Source: Lachnospiraceae bacterium (GTDB taxonomy: Bacteria > Bacillota > Clostridia > Lachnospirales > Lachnospiraceae). Taken from it: 64,000 bases of DNA. A program made the position numbers and the translations under genes. Of the stretch, positions 55,280 through 64,000 are shown piece after piece. The notes beneath the pieces are model-generated. The model saw only the letters and a list, made by a program, of their open reading frames with translations. It searched no databases and had not been told where the DNA came from. The DNA is taken from NCBI GenBank assembly GCA_900766915.1, contig CAAFXE010000387.1, forward strand, positions 1,637 to 65,636, written 5' to 3'. Each line of letters begins with the position of its first letter. Position 1 is the stretch's first letter.

Positions 55280-56124
55280 GATTTCTGATGATTTTCCACT
55301 GCTTCTCTTGCAGCTTCCAGATATTCCACGTTTGCTTTTGCAAATTCCCCTGCATCAGAAAGCTCTGCCAAAGAAAGATCGATCGGAAGCTTTCCAAGCA
55401 CCGGTAAGGATACTTCTTTTGCAACTTCGTCAATGTTGCTCTTTCCAAAGACTGAGAATTCTTTTCCGCAGTCCGGACATTTGATATAGCTATAGTTTTC
55501 CACCAGACCTAATACCGGGATCTTCATCATATTTGCCATATTGATGGCTTTTTTCACGATCATTTTTACCAGATCCTGAGGAGAGGTTACCACAACGATT
55601 CCGTCTACCGGTAAGGACTGAAATACAGTCAACGGTACGTCACCGGTTCCCGGAGGCATATCTACCAGAAGGTAATCTACCTCGCCCCACATTACCTCAC
55701 TCCAGAATTGCTTTACCATATTGGCAAGCACCGGACCTCTCCAGATCACAGGACTTTCCTCATCCGGGAGCAAAAGATTGATGGACATTAAACGGATACC
55801 GTTGTCTGTCAGCAATGGTTCGATGCCGTCGTCAGTAGCCTCTGCCGGTCCGTGAACACCGTACATTTTAGGGATAGACGGACCTGTAATATCTGCATCC
55901 AGAATTCCTACTGTATAGCCCTGTTTTGCCAGAAGGTTTGCTAAAGATGCGGTCACCATGGATTTACCCACACCGCCTTTACCACTGACAACTCCGATTA
56001 CGTGTTTTACATTGGAATAAATGTTTTGTTCTACCAGAAAACTCTGTGGATTGTTCTTGCTTGGACAGCCTTCACAGCTTTCTCTGGAACAGGTACTTTT
56101 GCTTGCGCATTCTTTTTCTGCCAT
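55276..56124 (-). CDS. Mrp/NBP35 family iron-sulfur cluster carrier ATPase (ApbC-like)
   Basis: 282 aa with the deviant Walker A SGKGGVGKS, a CPDCG motif and an N-terminal Cys-rich tail. Confidence 0.88.
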   Translation of the reverse strand: MAEKECASKSTCSRESCEGCPSKNNPQSFLVEQNIYSNVKHVIGVVSGKGGVGKSMVTASLANLLAKQGYTVGILDADITGPSIPKMYGVHGPAEATDDGIEPLLTDNGIRLMSINLLLPDEESPVIWRGPVLANMVKQFWSEVMWGEVDYLLVDMPPGTGDVPLTVFQSLPVDGIVVVTSPQDLVKMIVKKAINMANMMKIPVLGLVENYSYIKCPDCGKEFSVFGKSNIDEVAKEVSLPVLGKLPIDLSLAELSDAGEFAKANVEYLEAAREAVENHQKS

Positions 56125-56142
56125 GTTTATTTCCTCACTTTT

Positions 56143-57576
56143 CTATTCTTCCATTTGGGTGATACAATGTACCTTCAGAAGGTTGGTCGTACCGGAAATA
56201 CCGATGGGCACCCCGGCAGTCAGTACAAGAATATCCCCTGTAGTTGCCATTGAAGCCTTTTGTACAGCCAGAATCGCTTCCTCAAATTGCTGATTTAAAT
56301 CCTCCCGCTCCTTAATCAGCAGCGGGATCACACCCCAGCTTAAGGCAAGCTGACGGTAAGTCTGCTCCCTGGTAGTGCACGCAATCACAGGACAAACCGG
56401 CCGGTATCTGGAAATCATATAGGCTGTTCTGCCCGATTCCGTAACGGTGACGATCGCCTTCGCATTTAACTCAATGGCTGCATTGACCGTCGCTTTAGAA
56501 ATCGCATTGGTAATGCTCCCTTCCGTGGGAAGATTGCTCTGATAAAACCGCTTTCTGTAATCAATATCCTGCTCCGTGCGCCCTGCGATCCGAACCATGG
56601 TCCGGACACATTCCAGAGGGTATTTTCCGGAAGCAGTTTCCCCGGAAAGCATGATGGCACTGGTGCCGTCATAGACCGCATTGGCCACATCATTTGCCTC
56701 CGCTCTGGTGGGTCTTGGATACTGCATCATGGAGTCCAGCATCTGGGTAGCCGTGATGACCTGTTTACCGACACCATACACCTTTTTGATGATCTCCTTT
56801 TGAATGACCGGAACTTCCTCTAAAGGGATTTCCACGCCCATATCACCTCTGGCAACCATAATTCCGTCTGCCAGCGCAAGGATCTCATCCAGATTTTCCA
56901 CACCCTGACTGTTTTCAATTTTTGCAATGACTTTGATTTTTTCCCCGCCGAGCTCTTTTAAGACATTTTTCAGTTCCCGCACATCCGACGCACTGCGTGT
57001 AAAGGATGCGGCAACAAAATCATATTCCTGCTCTACGGCAAATCTCAGGTCATTATAATCCTTTTCGTTGATAAATGGAAGACTTAAAACAACACCGGGA
57101 ACATTTACGCCTTTTCTGGCTGAAATGACCCCGGTATTTTTCACCAGGCAGCGGATCTCCTCCCCTGCCACACTTTCTACTTCCATCTCTACCAATCCAT
57201 CGTCAATGAGGATCCGGTTTCCCGGGGTCACATCATAGGGCAGACCCGGATAGGTAATGTATGCACTTTCTTTATTTCCCAGAATTTCATCTGTGGTCAG
57301 TGTAAAAAGCTGCCCCTGCTTTAACACGATCTGCTTTTGTTCAAAATCTCCCAACCTGATCTCAGGTCCCTTGGTATCCAACAGGGCAGCCACCGGAAGA
57401 TTTAATTCCTTCCGAAGCCGCTTTAACATGGCAAGGCGCCTTCCATGCTCCTCATGATCTCCGTGAGACATATTGAATCTGGCAATGTTCATGCCCTCCA
57501 GCATCATCTGACGCATGATATTTTCGTCTTCCACTGCAGGACCCAATGTACATACGATTTTGGTTTTTTTGTTCAT
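56143..57576 (-). CDS. pyk: pyruvate kinase
   Basis: 477 aa starting MNKKTKIVCTLGP and containing MVARGDMGVEIP. Confidence 0.96.
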   Translation of the reverse strand: MNKKTKIVCTLGPAVEDENIMRQMMLEGMNIARFNMSHGDHEEHGRRLAMLKRLRKELNLPVAALLDTKGPEIRLGDFEQKQIVLKQGQLFTLTTDEILGNKESAYITYPGLPYDVTPGNRILIDDGLVEMEVESVAGEEIRCLVKNTGVISARKGVNVPGVVLSLPFINEKDYNDLRFAVEQEYDFVAASFTRSASDVRELKNVLKELGGEKIKVIAKIENSQGVENLDEILALADGIMVARGDMGVEIPLEEVPVIQKEIIKKVYGVGKQVITATQMLDSMMQYPRPTRAEANDVANAVYDGTSAIMLSGETASGKYPLECVRTMVRIAGRTEQDIDYRKRFYQSNLPTEGSITNAISKATVNAAIELNAKAIVTVTESGRTAYMISRYRPVCPVIACTTREQTYRQLALSWGVIPLLIKEREDLNQQFEEAILAVQKASMATTGDILVLTAGVPIGISGTTNLLKVHCITQMEE

Positions 57577-57589
57577 TTCGAAGCTCCTT

Positions 57590-58093
57590 CTACCGGAAGC
57601 GATTGCATTCGAAATGCTCCATCGTTTCCAGACAGTTTAATACTTCCTGATATTTCTGCGGAAGAGGTGCATCCTCTACCACAATATCCAAAGAAGCAGC
57701 AATGCTGTCCAGAAGATGGTCATCTATTCTCTTTCTTAAATCTTTGAACATTTCCAGCTTTTCTGCCAGAGTTTCAAGCTCTAAAAATGCCAACAGTTCC
57801 GGATTCACTTCTGCCTCTTCCTCTTTTTCAGGTTCAACATCAGTATTTCCATTTCTTTCCGCATTTATAAGCTCAAAACGATATTTTTGTGTAACCTCAG
57901 GATATTTTTCCCGGTCAACCTCACTAATAAACATCTCATAAGGTCTTACATAGACACTGTAATCTCCATACAGAGCCTGATAGACCACCATTTTTTCTCC
58001 TGTCTCAGAATGTTTTGCAACTGCTACGATCTGATACAGTTTATCTTTAAAATGTCTGTAAACCTGCCCCGGCTGTACGATTCTCTCCATCAT
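57590..58093 (-). CDS. DUF1653 domain protein with an extra C-terminal helical region
   Basis: The block YRHFKDKLYQIVAVAKHSETGEKMVVYQALYGD is the DUF1653 type. The ATG at 58093 overlaps the purF stop (TAATG). Confidence 0.7.
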   Translation of the reverse strand: MMERIVQPGQVYRHFKDKLYQIVAVAKHSETGEKMVVYQALYGDYSVYVRPYEMFISEVDREKYPEVTQKYRFELINAERNGNTDVEPEKEEEAEVNPELLAFLELETLAEKLEMFKDLRKRIDDHLLDSIAASLDIVVEDAPLPQKYQEVLNCLETMEHFECNRFR

Positions 58094-59511
58094 TACTCTT
58101 TTCCATTCCAGCAGTAAGTACAAAGCTTATCCGGCTCCAGTCCTACCGCCTCAATCATGTCATCAAGTCTTAAAAATTCCAGTGTTGTGAAGTTCAGCTG
58201 CTTACGGATCTCCTCCACCATTGCTTTATATTTCTCACTGTCCGGATCCGCATACTGTGCCAGTACTTCCTCTGATACATCCTCAGTTCCTTCAAAATCA
58301 CGGATGATTCTTCTGGTGATCAGATCCATAACGGATTTGGAACGGGAGAAATTCAGGTATTTACAGCCAAAAAGCAGTGGTGGACAGGCAGGTCTTACGT
58401 GAACCTCTTTGGCACCGTTTCTGTAAAGGAACTCTGTTGTTTCACGAAGCTGTGTACCACGCACGATGGAGTCATCGATCAGCAGCAGTTTCTTATCCTT
58501 GATCATTTTATGCACCGGAATCAGTTTCATACGTGCTACCAGATTTCTCTGTTTCTGGTTTGTTGGCATAAAGGAACGTGACCAGGTCGGTGTATATTTG
58601 ATAAATGGTCTTGCATATGGTATCTTCGTGGCATTGGAGTAACCGATGGCATGGGCAAGTCCGGAATCCGGTACACCTGCGGCATAGTCCGGGAATACCT
58701 TACCGGCATCACGTTTCGATAACATTTCTCCGCAGCGGTAGCGCATATCCTCTACATTGACACCCTCATAGGTAGCAGTTGGATATCCATAGTATACCCA
58801 GAGGAAGGTACAGATCTTCATCTCTTCTCCACGTTCTCCGATGGTTTTTCCACCGTCTGCATTAAAGAAATATACCTCTGCAGGTCCTAATTCGTAATAG
58901 TCTTCATAATCAAGATTCATGTAAGCAAAGCTTTCAAAGGTCGCACACATGGCACCTTCTCTTCTTCCGATCATCACCGGAGTTCTTCCCAGACGGTCTC
59001 TGGCGACATAGATTCCTTCCTGTGTCATGATCATAATGGAAAGAGATCCCTGCACCAGTCCCTGTACATAACGGATGCCTGCCAGAATGCTGTGTTTGGT
59101 ACAAAGAAGTGCTGCAACCAGCTCCGTAGCGTTAATCATACCACCGCTCATTTCCTGAAAATGGCTGGTACCTTCTTCGTATACTTTTTGCACCAGTTCA
59201 TCGTGGTTGTTGATCTTACCTACGGTTGCAATGGCAAAGCTGCCCAGATGGGACTGGATCAGAAGTGGCTGCGGTTCATAATCTGAAATACAGCCGATAC
59301 CGATATTTCCGTGCATCTCGTCGGCATCTTTATCAAATTTTGTACGGAATGGTGCATTTTCAATATTATGAATGGCACGGCTGAATCCGGTTTCTTCGTT
59401 ATAAACTGCCATACCGGCACGTCTGGTTCCCAGATGGGAATGATAATCTACACCATAAAATAAATCTGTTACGCAGTCTTCTTTTGAAGCTACTCCAAAA
59501 AATCCACTCAT
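58093..59511 (-). CDS. purF: amidophosphoribosyltransferase homologue lacking the N-terminal Cys nucleophile
   Basis: 472 aa with GAGGAGG 7 nt upstream of the ATG. The N-terminus is MSGFFGV. It has the PRPP loop LLLIDDSIVRGTQ and a C-terminal CTYC. Confidence 0.85.
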   Translation of the reverse strand: MSGFFGVASKEDCVTDLFYGVDYHSHLGTRRAGMAVYNEETGFSRAIHNIENAPFRTKFDKDADEMHGNIGIGCISDYEPQPLLIQSHLGSFAIATVGKINNHDELVQKVYEEGTSHFQEMSGGMINATELVAALLCTKHSILAGIRYVQGLVQGSLSIMIMTQEGIYVARDRLGRTPVMIGRREGAMCATFESFAYMNLDYEDYYELGPAEVYFFNADGGKTIGERGEEMKICTFLWVYYGYPTATYEGVNVEDMRYRCGEMLSKRDAGKVFPDYAAGVPDSGLAHAIGYSNATKIPYARPFIKYTPTWSRSFMPTNQKQRNLVARMKLIPVHKMIKDKKLLLIDDSIVRGTQLRETTEFLYRNGAKEVHVRPACPPLLFGCKYLNFSRSKSVMDLITRRIIRDFEGTEDVSEEVLAQYADPDSEKYKAMVEEIRKQLNFTTLEFLRLDDMIEAVGLEPDKLCTYCWNGKE

Positions 59512-59559
59512 GTTTCTTCCTCCTCTATCTGCACTCTTTCGTGCAAAACAAGTTAGCTT

Positions 59560-60048
59560 TTACGCAAACTTATTCATAACTTCCTGATTTGTCTTCATAG
59601 CAGCTTCTTCCATCTCTGCTCTGTGAGCAAGAAGCTTTTCTCTGATTTCAGGATGCTTTACTGCCATGATCTGCAGTGCAAGATAAGCTGCATTTTTTCC
59701 GCCATTGACGGCTACGGTAGCTACCGGAATTCCAGGCGGCATCTGTACGATGGACATCAGTGCATCCATGCCATCCAGTACGGAGCCTGACAAAGGCACG
59801 CCGATGACCGGTGTCACAGTCTGGGATGCTACGACTCCCGGAAGTGCAGCTGCCATACCTGCTGCTGTAATAAACACTTCTGTTCCATTCTGATCTGCTT
59901 CCTCAATAAATGCAGAAAGGCCTGCATGGGCACGGTGTGCAGATAAGCATCTGACATCTACCACTACTCCATAGGATTTTAAGATTTCCACTGCCGGTTC
60001 CATCTTTGGAAGATCGGAGGTGGATCCCATAATAATCGCTACTCTCAT
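59560..60048 (-). CDS. purE: 5-(carboxyamino)imidazole ribonucleotide mutase
   Basis: 162 aa containing IIMGSTSD...SAHR... Confidence 0.95.
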   Translation of the reverse strand: MRVAIIMGSTSDLPKMEPAVEILKSYGVVVDVRCLSAHRAHAGLSAFIEEADQNGTEVFITAAGMAAALPGVVASQTVTPVIGVPLSGSVLDGMDALMSIVQMPPGIPVATVAVNGGKNAAYLALQIMAVKHPEIREKLLAHRAEMEEAAMKTNQEVMNKFA

Positions 60049-60155
60049 GTTTCATTCTCCTTCAAACTTACACAGCTTGCAGCCTACTGCAAGCTGATGG
60101 ATACTCGTCTCATAAAAGTATGTGCAAGCACACTTTTATGATCCTCGTTATTTAC

Positions 60156-60197
60156 ACAAAAAGTGACCTGGTTTCGGGATTACCCAAAACCAAGTCC
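60156..60197 (-). terminator. Rho-independent terminator after guaB
   Basis: 14-bp stem: on the minus strand GGACTTGGTTTTGGG-TAAT-CCCGAAACCAGGTC, followed by ACTTTTTG. Confidence 0.7.
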
Positions 60198-60204
60198 GCC
60201 AATT

Positions 60205-61713
60205 TTACTGATTACGTGATGCTGTAGAATCTTTTAATACAACGTCGTGTGCGCCGCCTTCTACGATACTTACAGAAGATACCAATGTAATCTTTGCTTT
60301 CTGCTGTAATTCCGGAATGGTAAGTGCACCACAGTTGCACATGGTAGATTTTACCTTTGCAAGAGATAAGTTTACGTTATCCTTTAAAGAACCTGCATAT
60401 GGTACGTAAGAGTCTACACCTTCTTCAAAGCTTAACTTCTTATCTCCACCCAGGTCATATCTCTGCCAGTTTCTGGCACGGGCTGAACCTTCGCCCCAGT
60501 ACTCTTTCATGTACTGTCCATTGATCATCACCTTATTTGTGGGTGATTCATCAAAACGGGAGAAGTATCTGCCAAGCATGATGAAATCACTTCCCATAGC
60601 AAGGGCAAGGGTCATATGGTAGTCATGAACGATACCTCCGTCACTGCAGATTGGTACATAAATGCCTGTTTCTTTATAGTATTCATCTCTTGCTTTTGCT
60701 ACTTCGATGGTTGCTGTTGCCTGTCCTCTTCCGATACCCTTTGTTTCACGGGTGATACAGATAGAGCCTCCGCCGATACCGACTTTTACAAAGTCTGCAC
60801 CACATTCCGCAAGGAATCTGAAGCCGTCAGCGTCTACGACATTGCCTGCACCAACTTTGACTGTGTCGCCGTAATGCTCTCTGATCCATGCGATGGTGAT
60901 CTTCTGCCATTCGCTGAAGCCTTCGCTGGAGTCGATACATAAAATGTCAACACCTGCGTCAACCAGTGCAGGAACACGTTCTGCATAGTCTCTTGTATTG
61001 ATTCCGGCACCAACTACATATCTCTTTTTCGCATCCAGAAGCTCATTCTGGTTTGCTTTTTTAGATTCGTAGTCTTTTCTGAATACGATGGAGTCCAAGT
61101 GCTGGTTTTCATCGATCACCGGAAGGGAATTTAATTTATGATCCCAGATCAGATTGTTTGCGTCTTTTAAGGACATGCCGACTTTTGCAGTGATCAGCTT
61201 TTCAAATGGAGTCATGAATTCTTCCACTTTTGTTTCCATAGACATACGGGAAATACGATAATCTCTGCTGGTAACGATTCCCAGTAATTTTCCGTGAGCT
61301 GTACCGTCATCAGTGACTGCCATGGTGGAATGTCCTGTCTTTTCCTTTAATGCAAGAACCTCTGCCAGGGTATTGCCCGGAACCAGGTTAGAGTCACTCA
61401 CTACAAATCCTGCTTTATATGCTTTTACTTTTCTTACCATTTCAGCCTGTGCTTCGATGGTCTGAGAACCGTAAATAAAAGAAACACCGCCTTCTCTTGC
61501 CAATGCTACCGCCATGGTATCATTAGATACAGACTGCATAACTGCGGAAACTAATGGAATATTTAAAGATAAAGCAGGTTCCTCACCTTTTTTGAATTTC
61601 ACTAATGGAGTTTTTAAACTAACGTTAGCCGGAATGCATTCGCTGCTGGAATACCCCGGAACTAACAGATATTCACTAAATGTATGGGATGGTTCACTAT
61701 AATAGTAGGCCAT
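60205..61713 (-). CDS. guaB: IMP dehydrogenase
   Basis: The ATG at 61713 ([20 protein letters not shown]) follows AAAGGAGA; the ORF track starts at 61788. It has a CBS pair and the catalytic loop [11 protein letters not shown]. Confidence 0.92.
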   Translation of the reverse strand: MAYYYSEPSHTFSEYLLVPGYSSSECIPANVSLKTPLVKFKKGEEPALSLNIPLVSAVMQSVSNDTMAVALAREGGVSFIYGSQTIEAQAEMVRKVKAYKAGFVVSDSNLVPGNTLAEVLALKEKTGHSTMAVTDDGTAHGKLLGIVTSRDYRISRMSMETKVEEFMTPFEKLITAKVGMSLKDANNLIWDHKLNSLPVIDENQHLDSIVFRKDYESKKANQNELLDAKKRYVVGAGINTRDYAERVPALVDAGVDILCIDSSEGFSEWQKITIAWIREHYGDTVKVGAGNVVDADGFRFLAECGADFVKVGIGGGSICITRETKGIGRGQATATIEVAKARDEYYKETGIYVPICSDGGIVHDYHMTLALAMGSDFIMLGRYFSRFDESPTNKVMINGQYMKEYWGEGSARARNWQRYDLGGDKKLSFEEGVDSYVPYAGSLKDNVNLSLAKVKSTMCNCGALTIPELQQKAKITLVSSVSIVEGGAHDVVLKDSTASRNQ

Positions 61714-61759
61714 GATAAAATCTCCTTTCTGACAAACACATAATCTTTCGTTTCTATTT

Positions 61760-61788
61760 ATAATAAAGATTTCCCCACGGAACGTCAA
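61760..61788 (-). promoter_or_regulatory. candidate sigma-A promoter of guaB
   Basis: On the minus strand, TTGACG (61788-61783), a 17-nt spacer, then TATTAT (61765-61760). Confidence 0.55.
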
Positions 61789-61802
61789 TCCATTTTTATT
61801 AA

Positions 61803-62696
61803 TTAATTCTTATAATAATTTTGAATATAATTTATAAATTTGCTTATAAATGGCTGAAGGACGTAATCTTTCTTAAATATGATATAAAATTTACGGCCAA
61901 AGGTATCTTCTGAAAATTCAAAAGACAGTAATCTCTTCTCCATCACAAGATTTTGTGCTGCTTTTTTTGAAACAATAGAAATGCCAAGACCGGCAGCCAC
62001 GGAGTTTTTAATGGCTTCCGGATCATTCATGTAAGCTACCACCTTCAGCTCTTTTTCTGAGATTCCCTCTTTTTCCAGAAACAGATCGGCGGCCTTTTTG
62101 GTGCCGCTTCCTTTTTCCCGCAGGATCACCGGTTCTTTTAATAATTCACCCATGTATGCATTTCTTTTTTTCAATTCAAAAAAATGTTCGTTGACCGGTG
62201 TGATCACTACCAGCTCATCCTGATAAAAAGGGATACAGGCAAGCCGATCATCCTCACATTTCATACCCACCAGTCCTACATCCATCTTATCCTCCATAAC
62301 GCCCTCGATGATCCCCTGGCTGTCACTTTGGGTGGAATGAAAGAAAATACCCGGATGTGTCTTACAAAAATCCGGCAAAAGCTCCGGCAGAATATATGCC
62401 GACGGAATCGTAGACACACCGATACGGATGATCTTTTCCTCCTCACTTTTCCATTTTTGCAGCAGATTATCTCTAAGCTCCAGCATTTTTACGGCACATT
62501 CGTAGGTTTCCACACCTCTCGGAGTCAGCTCAATGCTTTTGGTGGTCCGAAGGATCAGCTTGGACTGTAATTCCTTTTCCAGTGCCTGAATATGGGTACT
62601 GATGGTGGGCTGGGAAATATAGAGCTGTCTTGCTGCCTCCGTAAAACTCTTATGCTCCACCACTGTCACAAAGGATTCCAACTGTTTTAATTCCAT
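61803..62696 (-). CDS. LysR family transcriptional regulator
   Basis: 297 aa with a wHTH ([27 protein letters not shown]). Overlaps the upstream gene by 10 nt. Confidence 0.9.
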   Translation of the reverse strand: MELKQLESFVTVVEHKSFTEAARQLYISQPTISTHIQALEKELQSKLILRTTKSIELTPRGVETYECAVKMLELRDNLLQKWKSEEEKIIRIGVSTIPSAYILPELLPDFCKTHPGIFFHSTQSDSQGIIEGVMEDKMDVGLVGMKCEDDRLACIPFYQDELVVITPVNEHFFELKKRNAYMGELLKEPVILREKGSGTKKAADLFLEKEGISEKELKVVAYMNDPEAIKNSVAAGLGISIVSKKAAQNLVMEKRLLSFEFSEDTFGRKFYIIFKKDYVLQPFISKFINYIQNYYKN

Positions 62697-63850
62697 AAGA
62701 TTTCCTCCAATGCTTTTACAGTGAAAGACACCTCTTCCTCCGTATTAAAATATCCAAAAGAAAAACGGATGGTCCCTTCCGGATAGGTTTCCAGCGTTTT
62801 ATGGGCGTTGGGGGCACAGTGAAGCCCCACTCTGGTCATGATTCCATAACTGGCATCCAAAAGATAGGCCACCTCTGCCGCATCCCTTCCCGGTGTCATA
62901 ACCGATACGACGGATGTTCGACCTTCTGTCGTCCTTTTTCCCACCAGCCGGATTTTTTCACCCTTTGGATCCAACATTTCTACCTTATTTATAAAGAGCT
63001 TCGTTAATTCCATCTCCTTCTGATGAATTTCTTCCATGCCGATACCTGTAAGCCACTGCAATGCTGCGTGCAATCCGAAAATTCCCGGTAAGTTTAGAGT
63101 TCCCGGCTCAAATCTGTCCGGCATAAATGTGGGGACTTCTTCTGTGTGACTAATACTGCCGGTTCCCCCTGAGAGAAGAGGTTGTATTTTATCTGTCATT
63201 TCCTCCCGAAGAAGGAATCCGCCAATGCCCTGGGGACCATAGAGTCCTTTATGCCCCGTAAAGCACAGGACATCAATCTGCATTTCCCTCATGGAGATTG
63301 GCAGGACTCCTGCTGTCTGGGCACAGTCTACGATGAATTTAAGACCACGCTCCTTGCAGAGTTTTCCCACCTCTTTGATTGGAAGAATGGTACCGCACAC
63401 GTTGCTGGCATGCAGCATGATGACAGCCTTTGTATTTTTTCTAATCAGAGGCGGAATCTCTTTTAGAAGAAGCTCTCCCTGTTCATTACAGGGCAATCTG
63501 TCAAAAACAATTCCCTCTTCTTCTAATTGACGTACAGGTCTCATTACCGCATTATGCTCCATGGCAGATACCAGCACATGGTCTCCCGGTTTCAGGAAGC
63601 CTTTCAGCACAATGTTTAAACTCTCCGTCACATTTTTGGTGAATACCACGTTTTTACAATCCGGTCCGTCGAAAAGTTCTGTTAACAGTTCCCTTGTGTC
63701 TATCACCACTTCTTCGGCTTCGTAGGCCTGCTCGTAGCTACTGCGGCTGCAGTTGCAGCCGTTTCCTGTCATGTATTCATATACGGCCTTTGCCACACAT
63801 TCCGGCTTGGGGTAGGTGGTGCTGGCCTGGTCTAAGTAGATTTTTTTCAC
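62687..63850 (-). CDS. aminotransferase class V (cysteine desulfurase / selenocysteine lyase-like)
   Basis: 387 aa, GTG start after AAGGAGG, with a PLP-Lys region (FTGHKGLYGPQGIG). Confidence 0.85.
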   Translation of the reverse strand: MKKIYLDQASTTYPKPECVAKAVYEYMTGNGCNCSRSSYEQAYEAEEVVIDTRELLTELFDGPDCKNVVFTKNVTESLNIVLKGFLKPGDHVLVSAMEHNAVMRPVRQLEEEGIVFDRLPCNEQGELLLKEIPPLIRKNTKAVIMLHASNVCGTILPIKEVGKLCKERGLKFIVDCAQTAGVLPISMREMQIDVLCFTGHKGLYGPQGIGGFLLREEMTDKIQPLLSGGTGSISHTEEVPTFMPDRFEPGTLNLPGIFGLHAALQWLTGIGMEEIHQKEMELTKLFINKVEMLDPKGEKIRLVGKRTTEGRTSVVSVMTPGRDAAEVAYLLDASYGIMTRVGLHCAPNAHKTLETYPEGTIRFSFGYFNTEEEVSFTVKALEEILWN

Positions 63851-63884
63851 TGCTTCTCCTCCTTATTGTGCTTTTGCATCATTT

Positions 63885-64000
63885 TCTTTCAGGGGACGCC
63901 TGTGGAACCGGGATACCCTCACTTCGCAGGCTCCATCCTCCTCGACTAATTCAAGAAACACTAACCGCTCACAGGAGAGCCTGTTTCGCGGAGTGTTTCT
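63885..64000 (-). repeat. structured rod-like repeat, copy C (RNA-sense minus; 5' half beyond the window)
   Basis: The central domain (63954-64000) and the 3' arm align with copies A and B. The window ends at the 5' edge of the central domain, so the upstream 5' half of the element is not visible. Confidence 0.7.

Noticed and set aside
60049-60204. An expected purine (guanine/adenine) riboswitch upstream of purE.
   Set aside because: None of the conserved junction or loop sequences are present on either strand. Only a terminator and two generic hairpins are seen.
1-64000. A search for CRISPR arrays, cas genes, restriction-modification, toxin-antitoxin pairs, integrases, transposases, phage structural genes or other defence or mobile islands.
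   Set aside because: There are no regularly spaced direct repeats, and none of the translated ORFs show nuclease, integrase, transposase or other hallmarks I could recognise. Apart from the small structured repeats, the window is core-genome in character.

Overview
This is a chromosomal segment from a spore-forming anaerobic Firmicute, with Clostridia/Lachnospiraceae-like gene content. It is densely packed and about 85% of the genes lie on the minus strand. Left to right: a MacB/FtsX-type ABC exporter, an NSS transporter, a pyruvate formate-lyase locus (pflB body, a separate glycyl-radical ORF, pflA), niaR, ldhA, a ZIP transporter, an NlpC/P60 hydrolase and a LysR regulator. Next come the complete spoIIIAA-AH operon, pnp-rpsO, pyrBI, an MscS channel, ligA, tRNA-Arg(CCG), efp and a sialic-acid (nan) utilisation cluster with a CUT1-type ABC importer. 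These are followed by folC, a polysaccharide deacetylase, a nine-gene Mrp-like cation/proton antiporter operon, a Pho-like two-component system with a Na/Pi-PhoU transporter, truA, an Mrp/NBP35 ATPase, pyk, purF-like/purE/guaB, a second LysR regulator and a class V aminotransferase. I see no CRISPR array, prophage, IS element or recognisable defence island. Five things are worth a second look. (1) A family of rod-like structured intergenic repeats has three copies (21.2 kb, 21.4 kb, 63.9 kb). Their stems covary fully while the unpaired GAA / CUCU / RA nucleotides stay constant, and their G.U pairs are strand-specific. (2) Pyruvate formate-lyase is cleanly split into a 699-aa catalytic body and an 80-aa stand-alone glycyl-radical domain that has its own strong RBS. 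(3) The Mrp-like operon has Mbh-type gene order and four antiporter-like subunits. (4) The PurF homologue has Ser in place of the N-terminal Cys nucleophile. (5) Several candidate operators and leaders are present: tandem TGTAC-N8-GTACA palindromes upstream of pflB, a TTTACA-N5-TTTACA Pho-box, and a 26-nt palindrome shared by two promoter regions. All functional calls rest on reading the translated ORFs and recognising motifs by eye; no database search was run.
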